64,000 bases of DNA from an uncultured Thermoleophilaceae bacterium (GTDB lineage: Bacteria; Actinomycetota; Thermoleophilia; Solirubrobacterales; Thermoleophilaceae). Where the stretch lies: positions 5,131-69,130 of the forward strand of contig CAWBAP010000009.1 of NCBI GenBank assembly GCA_963786845.1. The letters run 5' to 3'. The position numbers were made by a program, and so were the translations under genes. Within the stretch, counting starts at the first letter, position 1. Every line of letters starts with the position of its first letter. The notes beneath the pieces are model-generated. The model had not been told where the DNA came from and made no database searches. It was given only the letters and a program-made list of their open reading frames with translations. Positions 1-8,905 of the stretch are shown in pieces.

Positions 1-1146
1 ACGGGCGCCGGCCAGCTCCTCCTCGAGCCCCGCAAGCTCGGTCGCAAGGCGCTCCTCGCGCCCGGCATCCAGCGCCGCCAGCTCCTGCTCGATCGCCGCG
101 ATCCGGTCCTGCGGGCGCTCCTCCTCGCCTGACAGCTCGGCGTCGGCCGCCGCCTGCTGCTCGAGCACCTCCACCTGGCGCAGCCGGCGCTCGCGGCGCT
201 CCGCCGCCGCCTCGGCCTGCTCGCGGACGCGCTCCAGCCGCATCGCGATCCGCTCGCCGGCGGAGCGCGCGGCGTACAGGCGCGCCTGAAGCCGCTCGCG
301 ATCGCGCGTCTGGGCGGCGAACGCCTCCTCCGCCTCCTCGCGCCGGCGCGCGACCTCGGCGAGCAGCCGCTCGGCCTCGTCGCGCTCGCCGCGCACGACC
401 CGCGCGCGCTCCTCCGCCTCGGCCAGCGCGAGCCGCGCCGTGCGCGCCGCGTCACGCGACAGCGAGTAGCGCGCCTCCAGCGTCTGGCGCTCCAGCCGCT
501 CGTGCAGCTCCGCGGCCTCGGCCTGCTGCTTCAGCGGCCGCAGCCGCGAGCGCGCCTCGCGCTCCACGTCGAGCGACCGTGAGAGGTTCTCCTCGGTCCG
601 CTCGAGCTTCAGCTGGGCGCGGCGCCGGCGCTTGCGGTGCTTCCCGAGCCCGGCCGCCTCCTCGATCATCAGCCGCCGGTCACGCGGGCGCGAGAGCACG
701 ATCTGCTCGACCTTGCCCTGCGAGACGACCGAGTGCATCTCCTTGCCGAGCCCCGAGTCCGACAGGACCTCGACCACGTCCACCAGGCGGCAGCGCGCTC
801 CGTTCAGGCGGTACTCGCCCTCGCCGTCGCGCCCGAGCCTGCGGACGATCGATATTTCGGAGAAGTCGATGTCGAGCGCGCCGTCGTGGTTGTCGATCAC
901 GACCTCGACCTCGGCCGCGTTCGAGCCCTGCACGCCGTGCGCGCCGGCGAAGATCACGTCCCGCATCGACTGGCCGCGCACCGCGAGCGGCGACTGCTCC
1001 CCGAGCGCCCACAGCACGGCGTCCGTGATGTTCGACTTGCCGGAGCCGTTCGGGCCCACGACCACGGACACGCCCGTGCCGAACTCCAGCTTGGTCCGGT
1101 GCGGGAAGGACTTGAAGCCCTTCATCGATATCGAGCGCAGGTGCAT
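1..1146 (-). CDS. smc: chromosome segregation protein SMC, N-terminal 382 codons (C-terminus lies beyond the window start)
   Basis: My own reverse-strand translation from ATG at 1146..1144 gives MHLRSISMKGFKSFPHRTKLEFGTGVSVVVGPNGSGKSNITDAVLWALGEQ (Walker A), followed by a long Ala/Glu/Arg coiled coil. The ORF is open at the window edge, so it is absent from the ORF track. Confidence 0.9.
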   Translation of the reverse strand, partial: MHLRSISMKGFKSFPHRTKLEFGTGVSVVVGPNGSGKSNITDAVLWALGEQSPLAVRGQSMRDVIFAGAHGVQGSNAAEVEVVIDNHDGALDIDFSEISIVRRLGRDGEGEYRLNGARCRLVDVVEVLSDSGLGKEMHSVVSQGKVEQIVLSRPRDRRLMIEEAAGLGKHRKRRRRAQLKLERTEENLSRSLDVEREARSRLRPLKQQAEAAELHERLERQTLEARYSLSRDAARTARLALAEAEERARVVRGERDEAERLLAEVARRREEAEEAFAAQTRDRERLQARLYAARSAGERIAMRLERVREQAEAAAERRERRLRQVEVLEQQAAADAELSGEEERPQDRIAAIEQELAALDAGREERLATELAGLEEELAGAR

Positions 1147-1841
1147 TACGAGGCCGCCTGCTCGTCGAGAGCGTCCAGCGCGTGCAGGGCCGCCTCCTGC
1201 TCGGCGGCCTTCTTCGTCTTTCCCTCCCCGCGGCCCAGCTCCTGCTCCTCCACCTCGGCGACCGCGATGAAGCTCCGGTCGTGCGCCGGGCCCTCCTCGG
1301 AGACCGTCTTGTAGAGGACGACCTCGGCGCGCCGCGCGAGCCGCTCCTGGAGCACGGACTTGTAGTCCACCGGGTTCTCCAGCGCCTGCTCGATCTCGGC
1401 CCGGAACGACTCGACCACCGCCGGCGCCGTGCGCTCCAGCCCGAAGCTGAGATAGGCCGCGCCGATGATCGCCTCGCACACGGAGGCCAGGACGCGCTCG
1501 GAGTCCACGAGCATGTCCGTCGGGCGGCCGGTGCCTTCGGGCGCCGTGGCACGCAGCTCGTCGGCCACTCCGAGCGCTTGCGCGACGCGCGCGCACGAGG
1601 GGCCGCTGACGGCCTGTGCGCGAACCTTGGTGAGACGGCCCGCGCCGTAGCGCTCGAAGCGCGGGTAGAGGTGGTCGGAGACCGCGAGGCTCAGGACCAC
1701 GTCCCCCAGGAAGGCGAGCCGCTCGTACGCCTCGGCGCGGTGCTCGACCCACGACGAATGCGTGAACGCCTGCCGCCGCACGTCGTCGGGCAGCTGGTCG
1801 AGCAGCTCTGCAAGGGACTCAGGTTCCAATCCCGCTGGCAT
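1146..1841 (-). CDS. rnc: ribonuclease III
   Basis: Taken from ORF 1146..1898. It carries the RNase III signature ERLAFLGDVVLSLAVSDHLY and a C-terminal dsRBD. I chose the ATG at 1841 (MPAGLEPESL). Its stop overlaps the smc start by 1 nt (TAATG). Confidence 0.9.
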   Translation of the reverse strand: MPAGLEPESLAELLDQLPDDVRRQAFTHSSWVEHRAEAYERLAFLGDVVLSLAVSDHLYPRFERYGAGRLTKVRAQAVSGPSCARVAQALGVADELRATAPEGTGRPTDMLVDSERVLASVCEAIIGAAYLSFGLERTAPAVVESFRAEIEQALENPVDYKSVLQERLARRAEVVLYKTVSEEGPAHDRSFIAVAEVEEQELGRGEGKTKKAAEQEAALHALDALDEQAAS

Positions 1842-2073
1842 GGGCAGCGACGAAGTCGGCGGCCTGCCCGACCGTGAGGATCCTGGCCGCCTCCTCATCG
1901 GGGATGCGGACGCCGTAGCTGTCCTCCAGCTCGACGACGAGCTCGACGAGGTCGAGCGAGTCCGCCTCCAGGTCCTCCCGGAAGCGCGTGGACCCGTCGA
2001 TGCGGCCCGGATCCACCTCCAACTCGGTGGCCAGGTGCTCGCGGATGCGCTCGAGAACCTCCTCGCGGGTCAT
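1819..2073 (-). CDS. acpP: acyl carrier protein
   Basis: 84 aa with the phosphopantetheine attachment motif LEADSLDLVELV. It lies between plsX and rnc, the conserved arrangement. Confidence 0.9.
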   Translation of the reverse strand: MTREEVLERIREHLATELEVDPGRIDGSTRFREDLEADSLDLVELVVELEDSYGVRIPDEEAARILTVGQAADFVAAHASGIGT

Positions 2074-3071
2074 CGCTGAGCGACGCTAGCAGCGCTCGCG
2101 GACCGCAACGCCCCGGCCGCCTCGAGCGCCGCCGTGGTGCGGCCGACCATGTCCTCATCGACCGCGCGGCGGGCCAGCTTCACGGCGTGCTCGATGCCCG
2201 TGGGGCCGAAGCTGCCGTGCGCCACCACCACCGGCTTCCGCAGGCCGAGCAGGATCGCGCCGCCCACCTTCTCGGGGTCGAGGTCGTCGCGGAGCTTTCC
2301 GAGCTTGCCGCGGATCAGGAGCCCGCCGAGCGTGGACAACGCGCCCGACCGCACGCGCGTGCGGATCTCGTTCGAGACCGCCCTGATGGTGCCCTCGAGC
2401 ACCTTGAGCGCCACGTTGCCGGTGAAGCCGTCCGCGACCACCACGTCCGCGCCTGCGCCGGGGATGTCGAAGCCCTCGACGTTCCCCACGAAGTTGAGCC
2501 CGCCCGCCTCGGCGATGCGGTCGTGAGCGGCGAGCACGTCCGGCGTGCCCTTGCCGGACTCCTCGCCAACCGACAGCAGACCCACGGACGGGCGCTCGAT
2601 CCCCACCACGGCCTCCATGAAGCCCGCGCCCATGTAGGCGAACTGAACGAGGTGCTCGGGGCGCACCTCGACGCTCGCGCCCGCGTCGAGCAGCAGCACC
2701 GACCGGCCGGGGATCGGCATCAGCACGGCGAGCGCCGGGCGGTAGACGCCCTTGATGCGCTTCACGGCGAGCGTGGCGGCCGCCAGCGTCGGGCCGGTGC
2801 TGCCGGCGGAGACGAGCGCCTCGGCGCGCCCGTCGCCGACCGCCGCGGCCGCCTGGACGATCGATGCGTCGCGCTTCGAGCGCACCGCCGCGACCGCCTC
2901 CTCGCCCGCCTTGATGGTCTCGGGCGCGTCCACGACCTCGGCGTGCGGGCCCGCAACCGCGCCTATCTCGGCCGCCGGGCCGAACAGGAGGACCGGCAGC
3001 CCCGAGCGGGCGACTCCCTCGGCGACCGCGACCGGCCCCTGGTCGGCGCCGTTCGCGTCGACCGCGATCAC
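2070..3071 (-). CDS. plsX: phosphate acyltransferase PlsX
   Basis: The ORF 2070..3143 body is PlsX-like (VIAVDANGADQGP ... VVAHGSFGPTGIEHAV). The GTG at 3071 forms a GTGA overlap with the rpmF stop. Confidence 0.9.
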   Translation of the reverse strand: MIAVDANGADQGPVAVAEGVARSGLPVLLFGPAAEIGAVAGPHAEVVDAPETIKAGEEAVAAVRSKRDASIVQAAAAVGDGRAEALVSAGSTGPTLAAATLAVKRIKGVYRPALAVLMPIPGRSVLLLDAGASVEVRPEHLVQFAYMGAGFMEAVVGIERPSVGLLSVGEESGKGTPDVLAAHDRIAEAGGLNFVGNVEGFDIPGAGADVVVADGFTGNVALKVLEGTIRAVSNEIRTRVRSGALSTLGGLLIRGKLGKLRDDLDPEKVGGAILLGLRKPVVVAHGSFGPTGIEHAVKLARRAVDEDMVGRTTAALEAAGALRSASAASVAQR

Positions 3072-3268
3072 TCGTCGTCTGTGGCTGTCCCGGGCTGCTG
3101 CACGACGACCTCGCGGCCGGCGTAGGTGCCGCAGTTCGGGCACACGCGATGCGGCAGGCGCGGGGCGTTGCAGCGCGGGCAGTGCCGGATGCCCGGCGCG
3201 TCGATCTTGTGCTGCGAGCGGCGCTTGTTGGTCCGCGCGTGGGACTGTCTCTGCTTGGGGACCGCCAT
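3068..3268 (-). CDS. rpmF: 50S ribosomal protein L32 (Cys-containing, zinc-ribbon form)
   Basis: 66 aa starting MAVPKQRQSHARTNKRRSQHK, with CPRC...CPNC. Confidence 0.95.
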   Translation of the reverse strand: MAVPKQRQSHARTNKRRSQHKIDAPGIRHCPRCNAPRLPHRVCPNCGTYAGREVVVQQPGTATDDE

Positions 3269-3321
3269 GAGGGCGGGAAGGATAGCTTGCCTCCGGGGCC
3301 CTGCCCGGCTAGCGTCGAGCC

Positions 3322-4932
3322 ATGTACGACTACGTGATCGTCGGCGCCGGCTCTGCCGGCTGCGTGCTGGCCAACCGCCTCACCGAGGACCCGGACGTCT
3401 CCGTGCTGCTGCTCGAGGCGGGCGGGCCGGACACGAATGAGCTCGTCCACCTTCCGGCCGCGTTCTCCGCGCTCTATCGCACCGCGCAGGACTGGGACCA
3501 CTCGACGATCTACGAGCCGTTCGCCAACGACCGCCGCATCTACCTCCCACGCGGCAAGGTGCTGGGCGGCTCCTCCTCGATCAACGCGATGATCTACATC
3601 CGCGGGAACCCGCTCGACTACGACGAGTGGGGCCCCGGCTGGACCTGGGACGAGATGCTCCCGTACTTCAAGCGCTCCGAGGACAACGAGCGCGGCGAGA
3701 GCGAGCTGCACGGCGCCGGCGGGCCGCTGCCCGTGTCCGAGGGCCGCTCGCGCAACCCGCTCGCTCAGATGTTCCTGGACGCGGCGGCCGCAATCGGGCT
3801 GCCGGCGAACGACGACTTCAACGGTCCCGAGCAGGACGGCGTGGGCTGGTACCAGGTCACGCACCGAAACGGCGCTCGCGCCAGCGCGGCGGTCGCGTAC
3901 CTGCATCCCGTGATGGACCGGCCGAACCTGACCGTGGAGACGCACGTGCACGCCCTCTCGATCCTGTTCGAGGGGGAGCGCGCGGTGGGCGTGGTGGGCG
4001 CCCGGCTCAGCGAGATGATGGTGCACCGCGCCGAGCGCGAGGTGATCGTGTGCGGCGGCGCCTACAACTCGCCACAGCTCCTGATGCTGTCCGGCCTGGG
4101 GCGGCCCGCGGAGCTCGAGGAGCTCCAGATCGCGGTGGTGGCCGAGCTGCCCGAAGTGGGCCTGAACCTCCACGACCACCCGAACTCGGGCGCCGTCTAC
4201 GGAATCGACGAGGAGATCTCGCTGTTCGGCGCGCTGAACGAGGAGAACCTCGCGCTGTTCGAGGCCGAGGGACGCGGCCCGCTCACGTCGAACGTGGCCG
4301 AGGCGGGCGGGTTCATGCGGACGCGCGACGACCTGGAGGCCCCGGACGTCCAGCTCCACTTCGCGCCCGCGCGCTTCCAGTCGGAGGGACTCGTCCCGGG
4401 TGAGGGCCACGGCTTCGCGCTCGGCGCATGCGTGCTGAAGCCGAAGAGCCGCGGCTTCGTGGCGCTCGGCTCGCCGGACCCGACGGCGAAGCCGCTGATC
4501 GTCCACAACTACCTTGAGCACCCGGACGACGTGGCCTCGATGATCGCCGGCGTCAAGACCTCCCTCGCGATCTGCGAGACGGGCCGCCTCGGCGAGCTGT
4601 CGACGGGGATGCTGATCGGCCCCGACTCGAGCTCCGACGAGGACATCCTCGCCCACGTTCGGGCGCGGGTGCAGACGCTCTACCACCCCGTCGGGACCTG
4701 CCGCATGGGCGACGACCCGACCTCGGTGGTGGACCGCGAGCTGAAGGTGCGCGGCGTCGAGGGCCTGCGCGTGGTGGACGCATCGGTGATGCCGACCGTG
4801 CCGCGGGGCAACACGAACGCACCGGTGATCGCGCTCGCGGAGCGCGCGGCCGACCTGATCAGGGGCGAGGTGCCCGTGGGCGCGCAGACGGAGCTGTCCG
4901 AGAGCTCCCCATCACCCGCGGCCGCGGGTTAG
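3322..4932 (+). CDS. GMC family oxidoreductase (choline dehydrogenase-like)
   Basis: FAD-binding N-terminus MYDYVIVGAGSAGCVLANRL and GMC signature GKVLGGSSSINAMIY. The 536-aa ORF is uninterrupted. Confidence 0.85.
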   Translation: MYDYVIVGAGSAGCVLANRLTEDPDVSVLLLEAGGPDTNELVHLPAAFSALYRTAQDWDHSTIYEPFANDRRIYLPRGKVLGGSSSINAMIYIRGNPLDYDEWGPGWTWDEMLPYFKRSEDNERGESELHGAGGPLPVSEGRSRNPLAQMFLDAAAAIGLPANDDFNGPEQDGVGWYQVTHRNGARASAAVAYLHPVMDRPNLTVETHVHALSILFEGERAVGVVGARLSEMMVHRAEREVIVCGGAYNSPQLLMLSGLGRPAELEELQIAVVAELPEVGLNLHDHPNSGAVYGIDEEISLFGALNEENLALFEAEGRGPLTSNVAEAGGFMRTRDDLEAPDVQLHFAPARFQSEGLVPGEGHGFALGACVLKPKSRGFVALGSPDPTAKPLIVHNYLEHPDDVASMIAGVKTSLAICETGRLGELSTGMLIGPDSSSDEDILAHVRARVQTLYHPVGTCRMGDDPTSVVDRELKVRGVEGLRVVDASVMPTVPRGNTNAPVIALAERAADLIRGEVPVGAQTELSESSPSPAAAG

Positions 4933-4944
4933 ACTCGCCTGGCG

Positions 4945-5346
4945 TTGAGAAGGGTGATAGGAGCCGTTGTTGTGCTCTGCGCCGGAGGGATTCTTGCGGC
5001 CGCGGCGGGCGCGACCCTGGGACAGGGCTCTGCGAGCGACAACCCGCTCCGCGCATGCGTGGACGGGAGGACGGGCGCGCTGAGCTTGGTCCAGGCGGGT
5101 CGGCGATGCGGTCGCGGAGACCGAGCCGTCAGCTGGAACATTCGGGGCAAGACCGGCCTGCCTGGAGCCGATGGGGCCCCGGGTGAGCGCGGCGCCACGG
5201 GCGCGACCGGCGGCGGCGGGTCGCGGGGAGCTGACGGGAGCTTCGACTTCGATGACTTCGCGGGCATGTCGTGCGATGCCGGGTCAGGACCGGACACCGT
5301 GACCGTGACCTACGACTCCGACGGCTTCGCCGCGTTCCAATGCTAG
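4945..5346 (+). CDS. secreted collagen-like (G-X-Y) repeat protein
   Basis: The N-terminus is a hydrophobic signal-like segment. It is followed by 10 consecutive G-X-Y triplets (GKTGLPGADGAPGERGATGATGGGGSRGADG). It is a paralogue of the next gene. Confidence 0.6.
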   Translation: MRRVIGAVVVLCAGGILAAAAGATLGQGSASDNPLRACVDGRTGALSLVQAGRRCGRGDRAVSWNIRGKTGLPGADGAPGERGATGATGGGGSRGADGSFDFDDFAGMSCDAGSGPDTVTVTYDSDGFAAFQC

Positions 5347-6206
5347 GAGTGCGCTTCGAGCTGGAACCCTCCGAGCCGGGCACCGGTGCGGGCAGCGGCG
5401 CCCGGCTGGTCACCGTTGGCGCCGTGGCGGCACTGGCGACGGCGCTGGTGGTGGCCGGAGGCGCGCTCAGCGCCGGATCGAGCGGCTCGAGCACGACGAT
5501 CACGGCCTGCGTGAAGAAGAGCTCCGGGGCTGCGCGGATCGTCCGCGCCGGCAGCAACTGCCGCTCGAGTGAGCGTCGCGTGAGCTGGAAGCGCATCGGG
5601 CCCGCCGGAAAGCGGGGACTGCCAGGCGCGCAGGGAGCGACCGGCGCGCAGGGCGAGCAGGGACAGCCCGGCACGAATGGTGCCCCGGGCCAGCCCGGCA
5701 TCGACGACTTCAACGACCTCGAGGGGATGCCGTGCACGCGTAGCAACCAGCCCGGCACCGTGGATCTCGTGTTTGGACCAGGCGCCGTCGCTCGCACGCG
5801 CTGCGTTCTGCCCGGCGACGGCCCCGTGTGCGGGGACGGGGTGATCGAAGGCGGCGAGGCCTGCGACGACGGCAACGGGGACCCCACCGACGGCTGCACC
5901 AACGCATGCCAGGTGGCGACCTGCAGCGACGGCGTCCTCCACCAGGGTACGGAGCAATGCGACACCGGCGGCCAGACCGACATCTGCGATGCCAACTGCA
6001 CCACGGCGTACTGCGGCGACGGGACGACCAACCCCGCCCGCGGCGAGGTGTGCGACGACGGTGGCTTCACGGACACTTGCGACAACGACTGCACGTTCAA
6101 CGAGTGCGGCGATGGCATCACCAACCTCCCCGGTGGCGAAGAGTGCGACGACGGCAACCAGATCGATAACGACGACTGCACCAACATGTGCCAGTACGCG
6201 CCCTGA
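5340..6206 (+). CDS. membrane-anchored/secreted collagen-like protein with four Cys-rich (CGDG...CDDGN...C) repeats
   Basis: The ATG at 5340 overlaps the previous stop (ATGCTAG). The protein has a TM/signal-anchor segment, 11 G-X-Y triplets, and then four units of about 30 aa with 4 Cys each. These units resemble the Myxococcus-type cysteine-rich repeat. Confidence 0.65.
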   Translation: MLGVRFELEPSEPGTGAGSGARLVTVGAVAALATALVVAGGALSAGSSGSSTTITACVKKSSGAARIVRAGSNCRSSERRVSWKRIGPAGKRGLPGAQGATGAQGEQGQPGTNGAPGQPGIDDFNDLEGMPCTRSNQPGTVDLVFGPGAVARTRCVLPGDGPVCGDGVIEGGEACDDGNGDPTDGCTNACQVATCSDGVLHQGTEQCDTGGQTDICDANCTTAYCGDGTTNPARGEVCDDGGFTDTCDNDCTFNECGDGITNLPGGEECDDGNQIDNDDCTNMCQYAP

Positions 6207-6221
6207 GCTAGCCGCCTGAGC

Positions 6222-6929
6222 TTGCCCTCCAAGGACTCAGAGATCACGATCCGCCTGCGCCGGAGCCACCTCTGGACCGTCGCCGCCCTCCTCGTCGGTA
6301 TCGGCATCGGCGTGCTGATCGGGCGCGCAACGGCCGACGATCCGCAAACCATCCTGTACGGCCTGCCCGCGACGCCGGGCAATGGGAGCGCGGCAACGTC
6401 CGAAGCCGGCCCCGTGCGCGTGGACATCTCCGGGAGCCCCGCCCAGGGCCCGGCGGACGCGAAGGTCACGATGGTCGAGTTCGTGGACTTCGAGTGCCCC
6501 TTCTGCGGACGGTATGCGCGCGACACGCTGCCGCAGCTCAGGCGCGAGTACGGCGACCGCATTCGCTACGTGTCGCGCCAGTTCCCGCTCGACATCCACC
6601 AGCACGCCGCCCCTGCGGCCCGGAGCGCCGTATGTGCTGATGAGCAGGGTCGCTACTGGGACCTGCACGACATGCTCTTCGCTCACCAGGAGGCGCTCAC
6701 CAAGCGCGACCTGGCCGGCTACGCCCGCGAGCTGGGCCTCGACATGGGGCGCTACGCGACCTGCCTGCGCGCCCCGGCGACGCAGGCACACGTCGAGCGT
6801 GACCTGGCGGATGGCCGGCGCTATGGCGTGACCGGCACCCCGGCCTTCTTCATCAACGGCCGGGTGATCCGCGGTGCCCAGCCGTACGCGCAGTTCAAGT
6901 CGCAGCTCGACGCCGCACTCGAGGGTTAG
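6222..6929 (+). CDS. DsbA family thiol:disulfide oxidoreductase, membrane-anchored
   Basis: N-terminal TM helix and thioredoxin-fold active site FECPFCGRY. The start (TTG at 6222) is uncertain. Confidence 0.8.
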   Translation: MPSKDSEITIRLRRSHLWTVAALLVGIGIGVLIGRATADDPQTILYGLPATPGNGSAATSEAGPVRVDISGSPAQGPADAKVTMVEFVDFECPFCGRYARDTLPQLRREYGDRIRYVSRQFPLDIHQHAAPAARSAVCADEQGRYWDLHDMLFAHQEALTKRDLAGYARELGLDMGRYATCLRAPATQAHVERDLADGRRYGVTGTPAFFINGRVIRGAQPYAQFKSQLDAALEG

Positions 6930-7486
6930 TCCCTTACGCCGTAGCGCAGGCAGACGGTGCCGTTCTCGAAGCGGCGCTCGTCGAGCAGTTCGAGGTCGAG
7001 GCGGACACCATCCGGCAGCGCGGGCTTGCCGCCGCCCACGATGACCGGCACCACGAAGAGGTGGCACTCGTCCACCAGTCCCGCCCGGAACGCGTGCGCC
7101 GCGAGCTCGGCGCCGCCGATCCCGATGTCGCTCGACGCCGACGCCTTCAGCTCCTGTATTGCGTCGGGGTCGAACTCGCGCTCGATGCGGGTGCGAGCGG
7201 TGGTCGCGCTCTCGAGCGTCCTCGAGTAGACGACCTTGTCGGCGGCGCGCCAGATCTCAGCGAAGTCGCGCCCGATGTCGGACCATTCGTCCTCCGGCGG
7301 GTCGGTCTCCCAGTAGACCATCGTCTCGTACATCCGGCGGCCTAGTAGGTAGGTCCCCACCGTCCGCTCGAGGTCGTTCACGAAGGCGTGCACCTCGTCG
7401 CTCGGCGCGGCCCAGGCAAAGTTGCCGGACTCGTCCTCGATGTAGCCGTCGAGCGACGCGAGCGGGGCGTAGATCAGCTTCGCCAC
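6926..7486 (-). CDS. dihydrofolate reductase family protein (RibD C-terminal domain family)
   Basis: 186 aa starting MAKLIYAPLASLDGYIEDESGNFAWA and containing LLGRRMYE, typical of the RibD_C/YyaP-like family. Confidence 0.8.
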   Translation of the reverse strand: MAKLIYAPLASLDGYIEDESGNFAWAAPSDEVHAFVNDLERTVGTYLLGRRMYETMVYWETDPPEDEWSDIGRDFAEIWRAADKVVYSRTLESATTARTRIEREFDPDAIQELKASASSDIGIGGAELAAHAFRAGLVDECHLFVVPVIVGGGKPALPDGVRLDLELLDERRFENGTVCLRYGVRD

Positions 7487-7493
7487 GGGTCGG

Positions 7494-8006
7494 TCAGTCG
7501 AGCTTCAGCTCGCGCAGCGCCGCCCAGCGCGAGTCCGGCTCGCGCTCGTGCGCGTGGTCCGGCGTGCGGTTCAGGTTCTCGCCGCAGACCGCGCAGAGGC
7601 CGGCGCAATCCTGGCTGCAGACGATCTTCGTCGGCAGCGCGAGCGCCAGCGCGTCGCGCGCCCAGGCGCGCACGTCGAGGTGGCCCTCGTCGAAGTAGGG
7701 CGAGCTGAGCTCGTCGCCGCCGCCGGGCTGGTCGATCTCGCGCGCGTCGACCTCCGCCCTGTGGCCCGCCGGCTCGAGGCAGCGGACGCAGGGTCCGTCG
7801 AGCTCGGCGCCGAAGCGCAGGCGGAAGGCGTAGCCGTGCACGGTGTGGGAGACGTCGAGCCGGGTCTCCACCGTGCCGCCCTCGACCTCGTAGCGCTGGC
7901 CGCCGAAGCCGAACTCGTCGACCGAGACGGCGAGGTCGAGGCTCCGTCCCTCGCCGGACGAGAGCCCCAGCCGGCCTATGTCGAAAATGTCCGTGAGCTG
8001 CGCCAT
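7494..8006 (-). CDS. yceD: YceD/DUF177 family protein
   Basis: 170 aa with CVRCLEP and a C-terminal CSQDCAGLCAVCGENLN motif, characteristic of DUF177. Confidence 0.85.
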   Translation of the reverse strand: MAQLTDIFDIGRLGLSSGEGRSLDLAVSVDEFGFGGQRYEVEGGTVETRLDVSHTVHGYAFRLRFGAELDGPCVRCLEPAGHRAEVDAREIDQPGGGDELSSPYFDEGHLDVRAWARDALALALPTKIVCSQDCAGLCAVCGENLNRTPDHAHEREPDSRWAALRELKLD

Positions 8007-8024
8007 TCCACCGAGGCTAGCGCC

Positions 8025-8408
8025 CTACGCGGCAGGCCCGATGAGCTCGATCCGGTAGCCGTCGGGGTCGCGCACGAAGGCGATCATCGGCCCCTCGGTG
8101 CGACCACCCGGGCGGTACGGCGGCTTCTCCGGCTCGATGCCGTCGCCGGCGAGCTCCTCGAGCGTTCCGTCGAGGTCGTCGACCAGGATCGCGATGTGGT
8201 TGTAGCCCGTGCCGAGGTCGTACGAGTCGACGCCGTGGTTGTAGGTCAGCTCGAGCACGGGGTCCTCGCCGGGGAGGCCCATGAAGACGTTGACCGCCTC
8301 GGTGCCGATGTCCATCCGGCGCCGCTCCTCGAAGCCGAGCTTCTCGTAGAAGGAGACGGAGCGGTCGATGTCGCCGATGCGGTAGCAGGTGTGGAGGTAG
8401 CTCGCCAT
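8025..8408 (-). CDS. gloA: lactoylglutathione lyase / VOC (glyoxalase I) family protein
   Basis: 127 aa with HTCYRIGDIDRSVSFYEKLGF, LELTYNHG and GYNHIAI, the glyoxalase I pattern. Confidence 0.8.
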   Translation of the reverse strand: MASYLHTCYRIGDIDRSVSFYEKLGFEERRRMDIGTEAVNVFMGLPGEDPVLELTYNHGVDSYDLGTGYNHIAILVDDLDGTLEELAGDGIEPEKPPYRPGGRTEGPMIAFVRDPDGYRIELIGPAA

Positions 8409-8417
8409 GGCCTGAAT

Positions 8418-8816
8418 CTATTCGGCCTCGCGCTCATGGCTCGGCACGCGCTCGTCGAGCTCGTAGTAGTCGCCCGCGCTGGCGGCCCAGATCTGGCCCA
8501 TCGTGCTGATCCCGGTCGGCGCGTCGAGGCAGCCGGCCGCGATGCTGACCTTCTCGCGGCCCGGCGCGTGCCAGAACAGGCTCGAGCCGCACTCACCGCA
8601 GAAGCCCCGGCGCGCGTCGTGGGCGCTGTCGGGGCTGTCGATCCACCGGAGTCCGCGATCCTCCGTGAAATCGAGATCCGCCATCCGCGCGGCCGAAGCA
8701 GCCCACACGTGCCCCGCCCACCGGCGGCACTCGGTGCAGTGACAAAGAAGCACGTCACGCAACGGCCCATCGACCTCAAACGCAACGGCCCCGCAAATGC
8801 AACGCCCGGAACCCAT
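8418..8816 (-). CDS. GFA family protein (glutathione-dependent formaldehyde-activating enzyme/CENP-V fold)
   Basis: I chose the ATG at 8816 (MGSGRCICGAVAFEV). The Cys ligand pattern is CxC...CHCxxC...CxxCG. The upstream part of ORF 8418..9002 reads through a repeat element and is not coding. Confidence 0.8.
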   Translation of the reverse strand: MGSGRCICGAVAFEVDGPLRDVLLCHCTECRRWAGHVWAASAARMADLDFTEDRGLRWIDSPDSAHDARRGFCGECGSSLFWHAPGREKVSIAAGCLDAPTGISTMGQIWAASAGDYYELDERVPSHEREAE

Positions 8817-8846
8817 GACGGAAACGCTACCGCCGGCGCTCGGGCA

Positions 8847-8894
8847 GGGTTGGGCGCTTTCTGTTTCCGTCTCGCAACAGAAAACGCCCCACCC
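8847..8894. repeat. 48-nt palindromic repeat element, intergenic copy
   Basis: The arms gggttgggcgctttctgtt and aacagaaaacgccccaccc (17/19 complementary) flank a 10-nt centre. It is 43/48 identical to the reverse complement of 27577..27624. Confidence 0.8.
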
Positions 8895-8905
8895 ACGCGG
8901 CGCGG

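Noticed and set aside
2155-4686. Very long alternative-frame or antisense ORFs: 2155..4686(-), 7548..8999(+), 10782..12449(+), 13064..14908(+), 22566..24005(-), 37798..39933(+), 45564..47741(-), 55711..57621(-), 61775..63253(-) and many shorter ones.
   Set aside because: Their translations are Arg/Ala/Pro/Gly-rich with low complexity and no recognisable motifs. Each lies opposite or out of frame to an ORF with clear family signatures. Such ORFs are the expected by-product of stop-codon scarcity in DNA of about 70% GC.
4945-6206. The collagen-like genes as eukaryotic contamination or a very recent foreign transfer.
   Set aside because: By eye, their GC content and codon style match the flanking genes. 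They are overlap-coupled to each other and sit between bacterial genes on the same contig.
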